Source: Chiloscyllium plagiosum (Eukaryota). From it: DNA of 64,000 bases. The notes beneath the pieces are model-generated. The model searched no databases, was not told the origin of the DNA, and saw only the letters and a program-made list of their open reading frames with translations. The DNA lies in NCBI RefSeq assembly GCF_004010195.1, contig NC_057718.1:11639186-11703185 (forward strand), in the 5' to 3' direction. Below, piece after piece: positions 26,180 through 38,562 of this stretch. Each line of letters starts with the position of its first letter. The stretch's first letter is position 1. The position numbers were made by a program, and so were the translations under genes.

Positions 26180-28260
26180 GAGCAACGCCGTCTAATTACT
26201 TCCTCTTTGTTCCACTTTTCTTGCCACCGCCAGGTGCTGACTGACCTCTCCCACCTCCAGTGCATATAAAAAGGGAGGTTAACACTGCTGCCCTGTGGAC
26301 TATGGGTTTAGTGCTGGGTTTGAAGACATTGTCATCCAACACTGTTCTTTGCAGGGCCAAAGGCTGCACCGACAGACTGGAGCTGACACTGAATTGCGTC
26401 ATTGATGTCTATCCTCACTGAAAGGAGGTATGAGAATTCGTCCACATGGTTCCGTACCCCGATGTGGATCCTGTCAGTCAGGAACAGTGCTGAATTGCAG
26501 GGTTAGGCTGCTCAATTGATGTAGACTTCCAGAGGGTTGGTCTAAGGCCCATTCTGCCATAAGCCTCTGAAAATGCATCAATAATAGTTAAGAGTCCGGT
26601 AAGATTTCTTCAGTGAATGGAAAGAGGAGTTGGAGAAGGATTTTTGCAATGACCTTCCCCCAGTGCTGCATCTCCTTTCTTCAAGATGCTCACAATGACA
26701 GTGTCTCAGAGATCCCCTGACATGCTTCCAAGATGAGGTCATGTATTCATACCAAAAGTGTTTCCCTGCTGCAATGTGGATTGGACTGTGTCTGCACCAG
26801 TAGCCTTGTTGGTTCTAAATTAGATAATCATTTCAACCTCACGTTGGGCTGGAACTGTGCTGAGGTGGTGGCAGGTAGCATGATGTGGGATGTGGTTTCG
26901 GTTACCCATATTGAGGACAGGGCTTGGCTGAGGAGATCCTTGAAGTGCCTTCCCCTCTGTCCTCAATGGGCACCACTCTACTCTTAGCTCTCCACAGGGT
27001 AGGTCCTTGATGCTTGGGCTGCACATGGCCTTGACTGTGCTGGAGAATGCACACGTCATTGACAGCAGCAAGTTGCTAGGTTACCTGTGCTCTTTCCACC
27101 CACCATGTGTTCTTCAGGTCACAGGTTTTTTCCTTTCCACCTCAGCCTTCATTTGGCTGTTGACCGTCTTTCTTTCCTTTGTGTTTTGGTGTTGCTTCCA
27201 GTTTAGGTACACCTTGTGCTTGTATTTACTGGCTGCTGAAACAGTCATCCTCATCAAACAAGTCAACATTTCCTGGTTTTTAGGAATTTTAACTTGCAAG
27301 TGATGTTTAAGATGGATTTAAGTGCAGACCTGCCACCACAGTCATTCTGTGACTCAATGGGAGATAGGGAACAGGAGTAGGTCATTAGCCCTTGAAATTT
27401 GTCCCACCATTCAATGGGATCATGGCTGATCTGTGGCCTCACATTATTTACTTGCCTCTGGTCCATATCCTTTAATACCTTTGCTTAACATTGATCTATC
27501 ATAGATTTAACATTCACAGCTGATTCCAGCCATCTGCTGCCATTTAAAGAACAAAGAAAATTTACACACCAGCAACAGGCCCTTCGGCCCTCCAAGCCAG
27601 AGCCGATCCAAATGTACTGTCTAAACCTGTCGCCCAATTCCTAAGCATCTGTATCCCTCTGCTCCCCACCTACTCCTGCATCTGTCCAGATGCATTTGTG
27701 GAAAAGAGTTCCAAACATCTACCATCTTTATGTGCAGTTCCTATTCATTAAGTGCCATCAGGTTCCCTGTGAGAGACTGACTGGTTTCTCTTCACGGAGT
27801 CCTTGAGTCCATGAACATTTATTTCCTGCGGCCATGCCTCTGTTGCTGCTTCCACTTTTGGGCCAGGCTGGTGGAAACAGGAGGCCAGTTTAGGTGATGG
27901 TGCTTTCAGCCGTCTCAGCTCCTGTTATACAGGGTGACGGGAACATCCTCACTGTCACTCACTCGGAACAATGTGGAGTCATGTCGCTGTTAATGTCCAG
28001 ATTGGGGGTGTTGCCATGAGGTCTGGTATTGCTCTCTCTGATGAAATAGGGCGGTCGCTATGACCACTCTATGCTGAAGGCATTTTGTCAGGAGTCAAAC
28101 TCTGTTGGTGTTTTCCTTCCCTCTGCCTTCTTTGCCAATCATGCCTTTCCAGAGGTTTGTGTTCCTCCCAGCTCGGACATTCAAATCACTAAGGAGAATC
28201 ATCTACTTCCCTTTGGGACATGGGACACTCACCGATCAAGGCTGTAGTAGGATTCCTCTT
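26180..28260 (-). mobile_element. decayed RTE-clade LINE, interrupted by CR1 tails at ~27350-27740
   Basis: Minus-strand RDTVIVSILKKGD resembles the RTE motif DATIVTIFKKGD, and an AKILL-like segment follows it. Confidence 0.5.
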
Positions 28261-28264
28261 GATG

Positions 28265-28950
28265 CTAGTGCACGTGGCTCCGCTGCCTCACAGCACCAGA
28301 GACCCGGGTTCAATTCCCGCCTCGGGCGACTGTCTGTGTGGAGTTTGTACATTCTCCCCGTGTCTGCGTGAGTCGGGATGGGACCATTCGCCATAGTAGG
28401 TTCACCGCCGCAGATTAGCCACTGCCCTTTCACCGCCGAGGACGCTTAGCCATCGCCCATTGGCCACTGAAGACAATTTGCCACCGCAAGTATTTGTAAC
28501 TCGTTTTTATATATAAACCAATAAAATGATATTTATTTTACCTCTTTTTTTATCAATATGTAGTATGCAGTTGTATAGATAAAGGGGACTGAGAGGTATG
28601 AAAGAACAGGCGGGAGGGAAAACAGTCAGTACATATATATATATATTTCCGGTGTCAAATAGTCTCCAGAGGTCAAACAACCCCAGTGGAGAAACGCTGG
28701 TGGCGAACCGGCAGTAGCTAATTGGTGGCGGCAAATGTGTCGTGGTGAATCGTCACCAACCCGCGCGGGTTTCCTCCGGGTGCTCCGGTTTCCTCCCACA
28801 GTCCAAAGATGTGCAGGTCAGGTGAATTGGCCATGCTAAATGCAGGATTACACGGCGAGGGTAGGGTACTGGGTCTGGACTAGGATGCTCTTTATAGGGT
28901 CGGTGTGGACCCGATAGGCCAAACAAACCGTGTCCACACTGTAGGGATGC
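28265..28950 (+). mobile_element. HE1/V-SINE-like SINE split by a MITE
   Basis: The head with GGTTCAATTCC runs to 28374. The body resumes at 28763 with GCGCGGGTTTCCTCCGGGTGCTCCGG. Confidence 0.85.
28375..28762. mobile_element. non-autonomous DNA transposon (MITE), MULE/Foldback-like
   Basis: Imperfect TIRs (GGGATGGGACCATTCGCCA and TGGTGAATCGTCACCAACCC), subterminal YCGCC/GGCGR-type repeats, an AT-rich core, and a degenerate 9-bp TSD GCGTGAGTC/GCGCGGGTT. Confidence 0.65.
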
Positions 28951-28959
28951 TCCATTTAT

Positions 28960-31900
28960 CGAGAGGTGCGAGGGAGGACTGGAGGACTGCTGGGAAGGTG
29001 AGTAAGAAACCAAATGTTTTGAACAGAGTGGCGAGGAGAGAGGGCAGAGAGAAACGAGGGCTGCTGGGAAGTTTTTAAGTGGGTGGGATTTAAACCTGAG
29101 ACCCTACACCATAGGGCCTCCCTCCCACCCACCTCCTCTAACCTTATTAAGAGTCTGTAAACTCGGTAAGTTTTCCTTTTCTTCTCTGCCTTTGTTTAGT
29201 CCTGTGTGGGCTTTCAGCGTAGCGGGATATGGATGTTAGGGCAGTTGCATGTTCCTCCTGCAGAATGTGGCAGATGAGAGACACGACACATGTCTCTGCC
29301 GACCACATCTAAGGGAAGTGCACCCAACTCCAGCCCCTCGAAAATTGAGTAAGGGAACTGGAGCGGGAGCTGGATGAACTATGGATCATCCGGAAGGCTG
29401 AAGGGGAAATTGAGAGGATGTACAGGGAGGTGGTCACTCCTCAGACACAGGATAAGGACAGCTGGGTTACTGTCAGGGGGAGGAAAGGGAACCAATGATC
29501 AGAGCAGGGATCCCCTGTGGCTGTTCCCTTCAGCAATAAGTATACCGTTTTGGATACTGCTGGTGGGGACAGCCTACTAGGGGAACACCATAGTTGTCAG
29601 GTCTCTGGCACTGAGCCTGGCACTGTGGCTTTGTCAGGTCTCTGGCACTGAGCCTGGCACTGTGGCTCAGAAGGGAAGGGGGCAAATAGAAAAGCACTAG
29701 TGGTGGGGGGGAAGGGGGCAAATAGAAAAGCACTAGTGGTGGGGGACTCAATAGTTAGACGGATTGACAGGAGGGTTTGTGGTCAGGAACGCAATTCTCG
29801 GAAGGTATGTTGCCTCCTCAGTGCCAGGGTCCGGGATATCGCCGATCGGGTTTACAAGATTCTGAAGGAGGAGGGTGAGCAGCCATAAATCGTGGTACAT
29901 ATTGGCACCAATGATATAGCCAGGATAGGGATTGAGGATCTGAGAAGTGACTACAGAGAGTTAGGTTGGAAGCTGAAGAGCAGGACAAGTAGAGTAGTGA
30001 TCTCAGGTTTGCTACCGGTGCCACGAGATAGTGAGGTGAGGAACAGTCAGCGAGTGCAGCTTAACACGTGACTGCGAGGCTGGTGCAGGAGGGAGGGCTT
30101 CAGATATCTAGACCATTGGGATACCTTCTGGGGAAGGTGGGACCTGTACATGAAGGACGGATTGCACCTGAACTGGAGGGGCAAAATGTCCTGGGTAGGA
30201 GATTTGCTTGTGTGGTTCGGGAGGGTTCAAACTATTTTAGCAGGGAGGTGGGAGCAGGGAGATGGCCACAACATCGTAGCCCCAAGCACTGATCCACGCT
30301 CTAAGTTTGTCACTCTTATTTCAGACACTCCTTGCATTAAAGCAGACACACTTTAACCAATCCCTTTGTTTCATCGCGTGAGAAACCTTCCTGATAGATT
30401 CACTACATCTTGTCACTGCCCCATCTACAACTACCCCCTTCTCCGACATGAGGGGAGAGACAGTTTTGGATTTGGTGTTCAGCAACAAGCCAGGACAGGT
30501 GTCAGATCTCGCGGTGGGAGAACACTTTGGTGAAAGTGATCACAACTGCCTCACATTTAGCATAGCCTTGGAGAGGGAAAGGAGCAGTTACTGAGGGAAG
30601 ATATTTAATTGGGGAAAAGGAAATTATGACGCTATCAGACAGGAGTTGGGAAGTACAGACTGGGAGCAATTGTTCCACAGAAAGGGCAAAGCAGACACGT
30701 GGAGACTATTTAAGGAGCAGTTGTTGCGAGTGATGCACAAACCTGTTCCTCTGAGACAGGTAAGAAGGGGTAAGATTAAGGAACCTTGGATGACGAGACC
30801 AGAGGAACTTCTCGTCAAAAGGAAGAAGGCAGCTTACGTAAGGTGGAGGAAGCAAGGATCTAGCATGGCTTTAGAGGATTACCGGCTTGCTAGAAAGGAG
30901 CTCAGAAATGGACTGAGGAGACATAGGAGGGGGCACGAGAAAGGGTTGGCAGGAAGGATCAGGGAGAACCCAAAGGCATTTTACTCATATGTGAGGTATA
31001 AGAGAATGATGACGGAGAAGGTAGGACTAATCAGGGATAGCGGAGGGAACTTGTGCGTGGAGTCTGAGCAGATAGGGGAAGCCCCAAATGAGTTTTTTGC
31101 TTCAGTTTTCACTAAGGAAAGAGACCTTGTTGTGAATGAGAACTTTGAGGAGCTGGGAAACAGGCTTGAACAGATCAAGATTGATGAAGTTGATGTGCTG
31201 GAAATTTTGGCAAACATTAAGATTGATAAGTCCCCATGGCCAGACCGGATTTATCCCAGGCTGCTCCGGGAAGCGTGAAGGAGGTTGCTAAGCCACTGGT
31301 GAAGATCTTTGCTTCCTCACTCTCCACGGGAGTCGTACTGGAAGATAGGAAGGAGGCGAATGTTGTTCCTCTTTTCAAGAAGCTTAATAGGGAAACCCCT
31401 GAAAATTACAGACCAGTCAGTCTTACGTCTGTGGTCAGCAAGGTTTTGGAAATAATTCTGAGGATAGGATTTATGACTTTTTGGAAAAGCATAGTGTGAT
31501 TAAAGGCAGTCAGCATGGCTTTGTGAGGGGCAGGTCATGCCTCACAAATCTTATTGAGTTCTTTGTCAAGACAGGTCGATGATGGTCGAGCAGTGGATGT
31601 GGTGCATATGGACTTCAGCAAGGCATTTGATAGGGTTCCCCATGGTAGGCTCATTTATAAAGTCAGGAGGTATGGGATACAGGGAGATTTGGCTATCTGG
31701 ATTCAGAATTGGCTGGCTGACAGAAGGCAGAGAGTGGTTGTAGATGGAAAGTATTCTGCCTGGAAGACAACGTTGAGTGGGGTCCCGCAGGGCTCTGTTC
31801 TTAGGCCTCTGCTCTTTGTAGTTTTTATAAATGACTTGGATGAGGAGGTTGACGGGTAGGTTAGTAAATTTACAGATGACAGAAAAGTTGGAAGTGCAGT

Positions 31901-32775
31901 TGGTAATATCGAGGACTATTGCAGGCTACAGCGTGACATAGACAGGATACAGAGCTGGGCTGAGAAATGGCTGATGGAGTTTAACCTGGATAAATGTGAA
32001 ATGATGCATTTTGGAAGGTCAAACTTGAATGCTGAATATAGGATTAAAGACAGGATTCTTGGCAGTGTGGAGGAACAGAGGGATCTTGGTGTTCAAGTAC
32101 ATAGATCCCTCAAAGTTGCCACCCCAGTGGATAGGGTTGTTAAGAAAGCATATGGTGTTTTGTCTTTCATTAACAGGGGGATCGAGTTTAAGAGCCGCGA
32201 GGTTTTGCTGCAGCTCGACAAATCCCTGGTGAGACCACACTTGGAATATTGTGTCCAGTTCTGGTCGCCCTACTATAGGAAAGATGTGGAGGCTTTGGAG
32301 AGAGCGCAAAGAAGGTTTATCAGGATGCTGCCTGGACTGGAGGGCTTGCCTTATGAAGAAAGGTTGACTAAGTTCATACTTTTCTCTCTGGAGAGAAGGA
32401 GGAAGAGAGGAGACCCGATCGAGGTATACAAAATAATGAGAGGAATAGATAGAGTCAATAACCAGAGACTTTTCCCCAGGGCAGGATTGACGTGTACGAG
32501 GGTCATAGTTTGAAGATATTAGGAGAAAGGTATAGAGGAGACATCAGAGGTAGGTTCTTTACGCATAGAGTTGTGAATGTATGGAATGCGTTGCCAGCTG
32601 TGGTGGTGGAAGCAGAGTCCTTGGAGACATTTAAGTGACTGCTGGACATGCACATGGATAGCAGTGAGCTGAGGGGTGCGTTGGTTATTTTATTCTACAT
32701 TAAAATTCATGCTCGGCACAACATCGTGGGCCAAAGGGCCTGTTCTGTGCTATACTTTTCTATGTTCTATATTTT
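28960..32775 (+). mobile_element. near full-length but disabled CR1 LINE (5' UTR, ORF1 with zinc-finger/coiled-coil and SGNH esterase, ORF2 RT, 3' tail)
   Basis: ORF1 shows AVACSSCRMW, LVVGDSIVR, VVHIGTND and DGLHLN. ORF2 shows ENPKAFYSY, NYRPVSL, DFSKAFDRVPH, SGVPQGSVL, FINDLD and RPHLEYCVQFWSP. Stops and frameshifts are present, and the tail reads TATGTTCTAT. Confidence 0.93.
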
Positions 32776-33099
32776 GCAATTCTCCCCTTTGCTTCTAGAC
32801 CGGAGCCATGCACACTGGTATTCTACACCTGGGATTTGGTCAGCTGAAGAATCACAAGGCATTCATTTATTCACAGTTAAATGGTTGTCTAGTTTATTTC
32901 TTGTGGTGAAATCAGCCCCAGGAAGGTTGATTTATCTTTCCAGAAGAATATGTATCCACCATCTTGAGCTGTGAGCTGATCTCCTGCCTACTGTGTCTTA
33001 CTCAGGCAGCAATAACAATGTCATACCTTTGGAGTTCTGGGACTATGATAGCAATGCCATATCTGGGTCTGTTGCTGCTTTTGTCCCATGTGGAGCCTG

Positions 33100-33400
33100 A
33101 AGTTCTAAGTTCCAAACCTCACTGCAATTGCACACCATCTACCACAAACTTCTAGTCGAGCAAACACCCCTGTTTGCAAGTCCTCCTCCAAGTGACTCCT
33201 CATCCTGACTTAGAAATATATTGCCATTCCTTCAGTGTCACTAGGTCAAAATCCTAGAATTCCCTTCCTCATGGCATTGTGGGTCAACCCACAGCAGGTG
33301 GACTGCAGCGGCTCACTACAACCTTCTCAAGGGGCACTAGGGATGGGCAATAAATGCTGGGCCCAGTCAGTGATGCCCATGCCCCACGAGAGAGTAAAAA
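33100..33400 (+). mobile_element. old LINE 3' end (CR1/L2-type); a related copy lies at ~34520-34805
   Basis: Shared segment ATCCTGACTT.GAAAT.TAT..CC.TTCCTTCA.TGTCACT.GGTCAAA and a GGGCAATAAATGCTGG tail. Confidence 0.55.
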
Positions 33401-35565
33401 GGAAGTGGCAGGGACAGCTAAGCAGATTGATTCTGCTTCACAGATGGGGAGTACCATGCTAACACATTAACAAGGTATTACCCGTAAACCTTTCTCCCAT
33501 CTGAACGGCCGGTCGTCCTGTTTGCTTGTGGGTTTGCATTAGAATGGAGAGGGGGCACCATAGCAATCAGTCATTAAGCTCCCCTAAACTCAAGAAACTT
33601 ACGTGACTGGTCTATGTAACTAATCTACACTCCATAATGATTTAAACACACTACTCATGTCTCCTCAAACTGTAACCTAAGGCCCAGCTTTATAACAAAA
33701 TCTCAACATCAATACCCTGTCAAACCCTTTAAATATTTAATACCTTTTTCCTGCGATCAACTCTCATTCCTGTAACATTCAGATAACATGAGCTCATCCT
33801 GTTTAATCTTTCCTCCCTCCTTCTCCAGGAATCTGAAAACCCAACGTTCCACCCCACATTTCCCCAACAAACTGGTGGATTGTAAAAGGACTAGCAGATT
33901 TAATTGAGGCCTGGGGGTTACAATGACCTTCGGTCTAAAAATGTAGACACTCCCACACCTTAGAAAACCCCTTATGAACAAAACTATCTCCTACACAAAG
34001 GCAACTTTAAAAGTGAAAGCTTTATACTTTGTGATTGTTGTCAATGCTTACATCATCTATTCTTTGTTAATAATATTACATATGGCACATACTTCCTCTG
34101 CATATCAATCTTACATCCCATGTTACACTGTATTAATGAGGAATCCAGATGATAACTCACTACAGTAGAGTAAGGCTATGTCAACACTGTATAATACGAA
34201 AATCATATGTCGACTTCTGGTCCCAACCTTTTTCAGAAACACACTTTGGTTCATGCAATGATTGCTTGTGCGCTCTATATTAACAAAGTAATAAATCCTG
34301 TTTAAATTGACTTCAGCCTTTGGAAATAGCCTTGCTACACAAACAATTGTGCTGTACACAAGCCATGAACAGTTGGTGATTCTCGAATTGGAGAATGGTA
34401 CAGTCCTCGAGAGTTAAAGGTGGCTATTTGACTTTGGTCGATCATGTAAAACTGGTGATGCTGAAACCGTTACTTGTAATCCAACTCTTTGTATATTTGT
34501 CAAAATCAAATCTTCGACAGCACGTTCCAAAATTCTGCCCTCTACCATCTAGATGGACGTGAACAGCAGACACATGGGAACATCACCATCTGCAAGTCCC
34601 CCCCAAGTCACTTGTTATCCTGACTTGAAATTATATCACCGTTCCTTCACTGTCACTTGGTCAAAGCCTAGAACTGACTCTCTGCCTGTACTGTGGGTGT
34701 AATCATATTGCAGTTCAAAAGGGTGCTCATTTCCCTGTTCTCAAGAGCACCCAGAAAGGACAACAAATGCTGGCCCAACCAATGACACCCACATTTGATG
34801 AAAAAATAATCGAATTATAAAAACATTATTACTCACTTCATTTTCAACAAACAAGTACTTTACTAAATGAAAGACTTTTCTTTAAGAACATTTTCAAAAT
34901 TGGAAAGGATTCTTGCTGATATCCCCTCACTCCACACTCCAAGTATGACAATTCATGTATTAAAACAATTTTGTTCACTTACAGTTCATTCAACTCCATT
35001 GATATTGAAACTAATACAAAGACAGCTGGGACGTAGATTGGACTTTGAGGAGGGCTTTAAAGTCCTGATGGATTGTAGATTCTGTCAAATGCATAGGTTT
35101 CTTGAGTTTAGATGAGCAGAGGGGGACTTGGGGGTTATCAATATAAGCCACAAAGCATGGTGCACAGTATTATTTACCAGAAAGTATTTCCCATTTGCTA
35201 CATTTTGATGCTTGCTAATTATCCTTCACCATGATACTGCACAATGTGCACTGGAGGCTTTGCAGCACAGTGAGCAGCAAAGAACGAAGGCCCTTCAGCC
35301 CTCCTGCGCTAACACATTTTGCCCTTACATACTGAAACTGTCTTCACTTACAGGATCCATATCCCTCTGTTCCCTTCCTGTTCACGTATTCATTCAGGTG
35401 CTTCTTGAGTGCCACTAATGTGTCTGCTTCCAGCACTTTCTCTGGCAGCACGTTCCAGGCACTCACCAGCCTCTGCGTGAAATAATTGCCTCGCACATCT
35501 CTTTTAAACATCCCCCCCTTGCATCGTGAACCTGTATCCCTGAGAAAGGGACCCCTGGGATAAAA

Positions 35566-35748
35566 TCAACTCGGAGAAAGTGAGGACTGCAGATGCTGGA
35601 GATCAGAGCTGAAAAATGTGTTGCTGGAAAAGCGCAGCAGGTCAGGCAGCATCAAAGGAAGAGGAAGAGGGCTTATGCCCGAAACGTCGATTCTCCTGCT
35701 CCTTTGATGCTGCCTGACCTGCTGCACTTTTCCAGCAACACATTTTTC
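35566..35748. mobile_element. fold-back Penelope-derived insertion
   Basis: TSD ACCCCTGGGATAAAA (35551-35565 and 35749-35763), with inverted arms TGAAAAATGTGTTGCTGGAAAAG...CTTTTCCAGCAACACATTTTTCA. Confidence 0.85.
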
Positions 35749-36600
35749 ACCCCTGGGATAAAAGCCTTATACGTTCCACTCTAACCATGCCATTCACAAC
35801 CTTATAAACATCTATCCGGTCACCTGTCAAGCTCCTCCATTCCAATGAAAACAAGCCCAGTCTATCCAACTTTTCTTCATAGCTAAAATCCCCCAAGCCT
35901 GGCAACATCCTGTACCATCTTCTGTACCATCTCTAAACCATCCACATCCTTCTGAGAGAGTGGTAAGCTGAACTGTAAGCAATATTCCAAGTGTGGCTGA
36001 ACTAAAATTCTATAAACCTGCATCATAACTTGCATATCCTGATATTCAATGGCCCTTCCGATAAAGGCAAGCATACCCACAATCTACCTGCGCTGTCAAT
36101 TTCAGTGATCTGGGGACCTGCATAACCCAAATCCCTCTGTATATCAATACTCCTGAGAGTTCTGCCATTTATTGTATAACTTCCACCTGCACAGGTAGTG
36201 CTTTTATACTGCAATGGTTGTATTCTTATGCAACCTCGCATTATAGAAAAATTGCACTTTCAAAACAGCACTTGAAGTGTTAGTGATGTAATCGCATTAC
36301 AGCCAACAAACATTTTAAAAGTTCGCACTTTAGAAACAGTGGTCCTAATTCATCAATGATGTTACAGTGAATTTGTGTTAACAAAATGTATGTTTTAGCA
36401 GAATGACTTGTACTTGCCCTTGCAAAATGCATCACCTTACATTCGTCCCAATTAACCTCCATCTGCCTCTTTTCTGCCCATGCCTCCAATTAATTTACAT
36501 CCTGCTGTATGTCTGACAATCCTCCTCACTATCCACAACTCCACCAATCTTTGTAACATCCGTAGATCTATTAATTAGACAAGCCACATTTTCCTCCAAG

Positions 36601-36802
36601 GAGAAAGTGAGGTCTGCAGATGCTGGAGATCAGAGCTGGAAATGTGTTGCTGGAAAGGCGCAGCAGGTCAGGCAGCATCCAAGGAACAGGAGAATCGACG
36701 TTTCGGGCATAAGCCGAAGAAGGGCTTATGCCCGAAACGTCGATTCTCCTGTTCCCTGGATGCTGCCTGACCTGCTGCGCTTTTCCAGCAACACATTTCC
36801 AG
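36601..36802. mobile_element. near-perfect fold-back Penelope-derived insertion
   Basis: 16-bp TSD CACATTTTCCTCCAAG (36585-36600 and 36803-36818). Inverted arms of ~80 bp meet at GGGCATAAGCC-GAAGAAG-GGCTTATGCCC. Confidence 0.9.
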
Positions 36803-37717
36803 CACATTTTCCTCCAAGTCATTTATGTAGACCACATATAGCAGAGGTCCCAGCACTGATCCCTGTGGAAAACTGCTAGTCACAGCCCTCCATTCCGAAA
36901 AGCATCCTTCCACAGTACACTCTGTCTCTTATGAGTAAGCCAGTTCTGTACCCATCTTGCCAGCTCATCCCTGATACCATGTGACTTCACCTTTTGCACC
37001 AATCTGCCATGAGGTACCTTGTCAAAGGCTCTACCAGAGTCTATGTAGACAAACATCAACTGTTTTCCCTCATCAATCATCTTCGTCACCTCCTCAAAAA
37101 ACTGGACCAAGTTAGTGAGGCACCATCATCCCCACACAAAACCATGCTGCCTATCATTAATAAGTCCATTTGTTTCGAAATGTATGTAGATCTTGTCCCT
37201 TGGAATCTTCTCCAATAATTTCCCTATTTGATGCTCACAAGCCTATAATTTCCCAGATTATCTCTGCTACCCTTCTTAAACAATGGGACAATATTGGCTA
37301 CTCTCCAATCCTCTGGGACCTCACCTGTGGCCAAAGAGGATCCAAAGCTGTCTGCCAATGCTCCAGCAATTGGTTCTCTTGCCTCCCTCAATATTCTGCG
37401 TTAGATCCCATCAGAACCTGGGGACGTATCTACCTTAAAACTTTCAAAGGTGCATAACATCTCTTTCTTAGTAGCAACTTGGTTTAGAAATGTGACACTC
37501 CCTTTCCTGAGATCATCCTCCAGCAATTCCTTCTCTTTGGTGAATACCAAAACAAAGTATTTACTTAGGACCTGAACTACCTCTTCTGGCTCCACACATA
37601 GATTCCTTCCTTTGTCCTTGAGTGGGCTTTCACTGGCTACCCTCTTGCATTTTATATACGTGTAAAAAGCCATGGTATTTTCCCTAATCCTCTTTGATAA
37701 CGACTTTTCATGACCCT

Positions 37718-38560
37718 GGATGCAGGTTTGCTCGCTGAGCTGGAAGGTTTGTTTTCAGATGTTTCATCACCATACTCGGTAACATCTTCTGTGAGCCTCC
37801 AAATGAAGCACTGGTGGTGTAGCCCACTTTCTATTTATGTGTTTGAGTTTCCTTGGGTTGGTGATGTCATTTCCCATGATGACATCATTTCTATGGTGAT
37901 GTAATTTCCTGTTCTTTTTCTCAGGAGATTGTAAATGAGATCCAAGTCAATGTGTTTGTTGATAGAGTTCCAGTTGGAATGCCATGCTTCCAGGAATTCT
38001 CATGCATGTTTGGCTTGTCCTAGGATGGATGTGTTGTCCCAGTCAAAATGATGTCCTTCCTCATCCGTATGTAAGGATACTAGTGAGAGAGGGTCATGTC
38101 TTTTTGTGGCTAGTTGATGTTTATGTATCCTGGTGGCTAGTTTTCTGCTTGTTTGTCCAATGTAGTGTTTGTCACAGTCCTTGTGTGTTATATTGTAAAT
38201 GACATTAGTTTTGCTTGTTGTCTGTATAGGGTCTTTCCAGTTTATCAGTTGCTGTTTAAGTGTGTTGGTGGGTTTGTGGGCTACCATGATGCCAAGAGGT
38301 CTGTGTAGTCTGTCAGTCATTTCCAAGATGTGAAAGCTAGGGTTTCTGGACGTGTTTTGTCTGCTTGTGTGAGTTTGTTGCTGAGAAATCGGCGGATTGT
38401 GTTCATTGGGTACCCATTCTTTTTGAATACACGGTATAGGTGAATTTCCTCTCCTCTGCGTCATTCCTCTATTCTGCAGTGTGCGTTGGCTCATTGAAAT
38501 AAAGTTCTAATGCAGCTTCGTTTGTGGATGTTGGGAGGATTGCTTCTGTTGTCCAATATT
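37718..38560 (-). mobile_element. Penelope-like retroelement 3' part with GIY-YIG endonuclease remnant
   Basis: The minus-strand ORF reads NVIYNITHKDCDKHYIGQTSRKLATRIHKH...HHFDWDNTSILG, a GIY-YIG motif. The terminal repeat carries the hammerhead-like AGAAGATGTTACC...GGTGATGAAACATC. Confidence 0.88.
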
Positions 38561-38562
38561 TC

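Noticed and set aside
28960..32775. Active or domesticated reverse transcriptase gene
   Set aside because: It has multiple stops and frameshifts and a deleted endonuclease, so it is an ordinary dead CR1.
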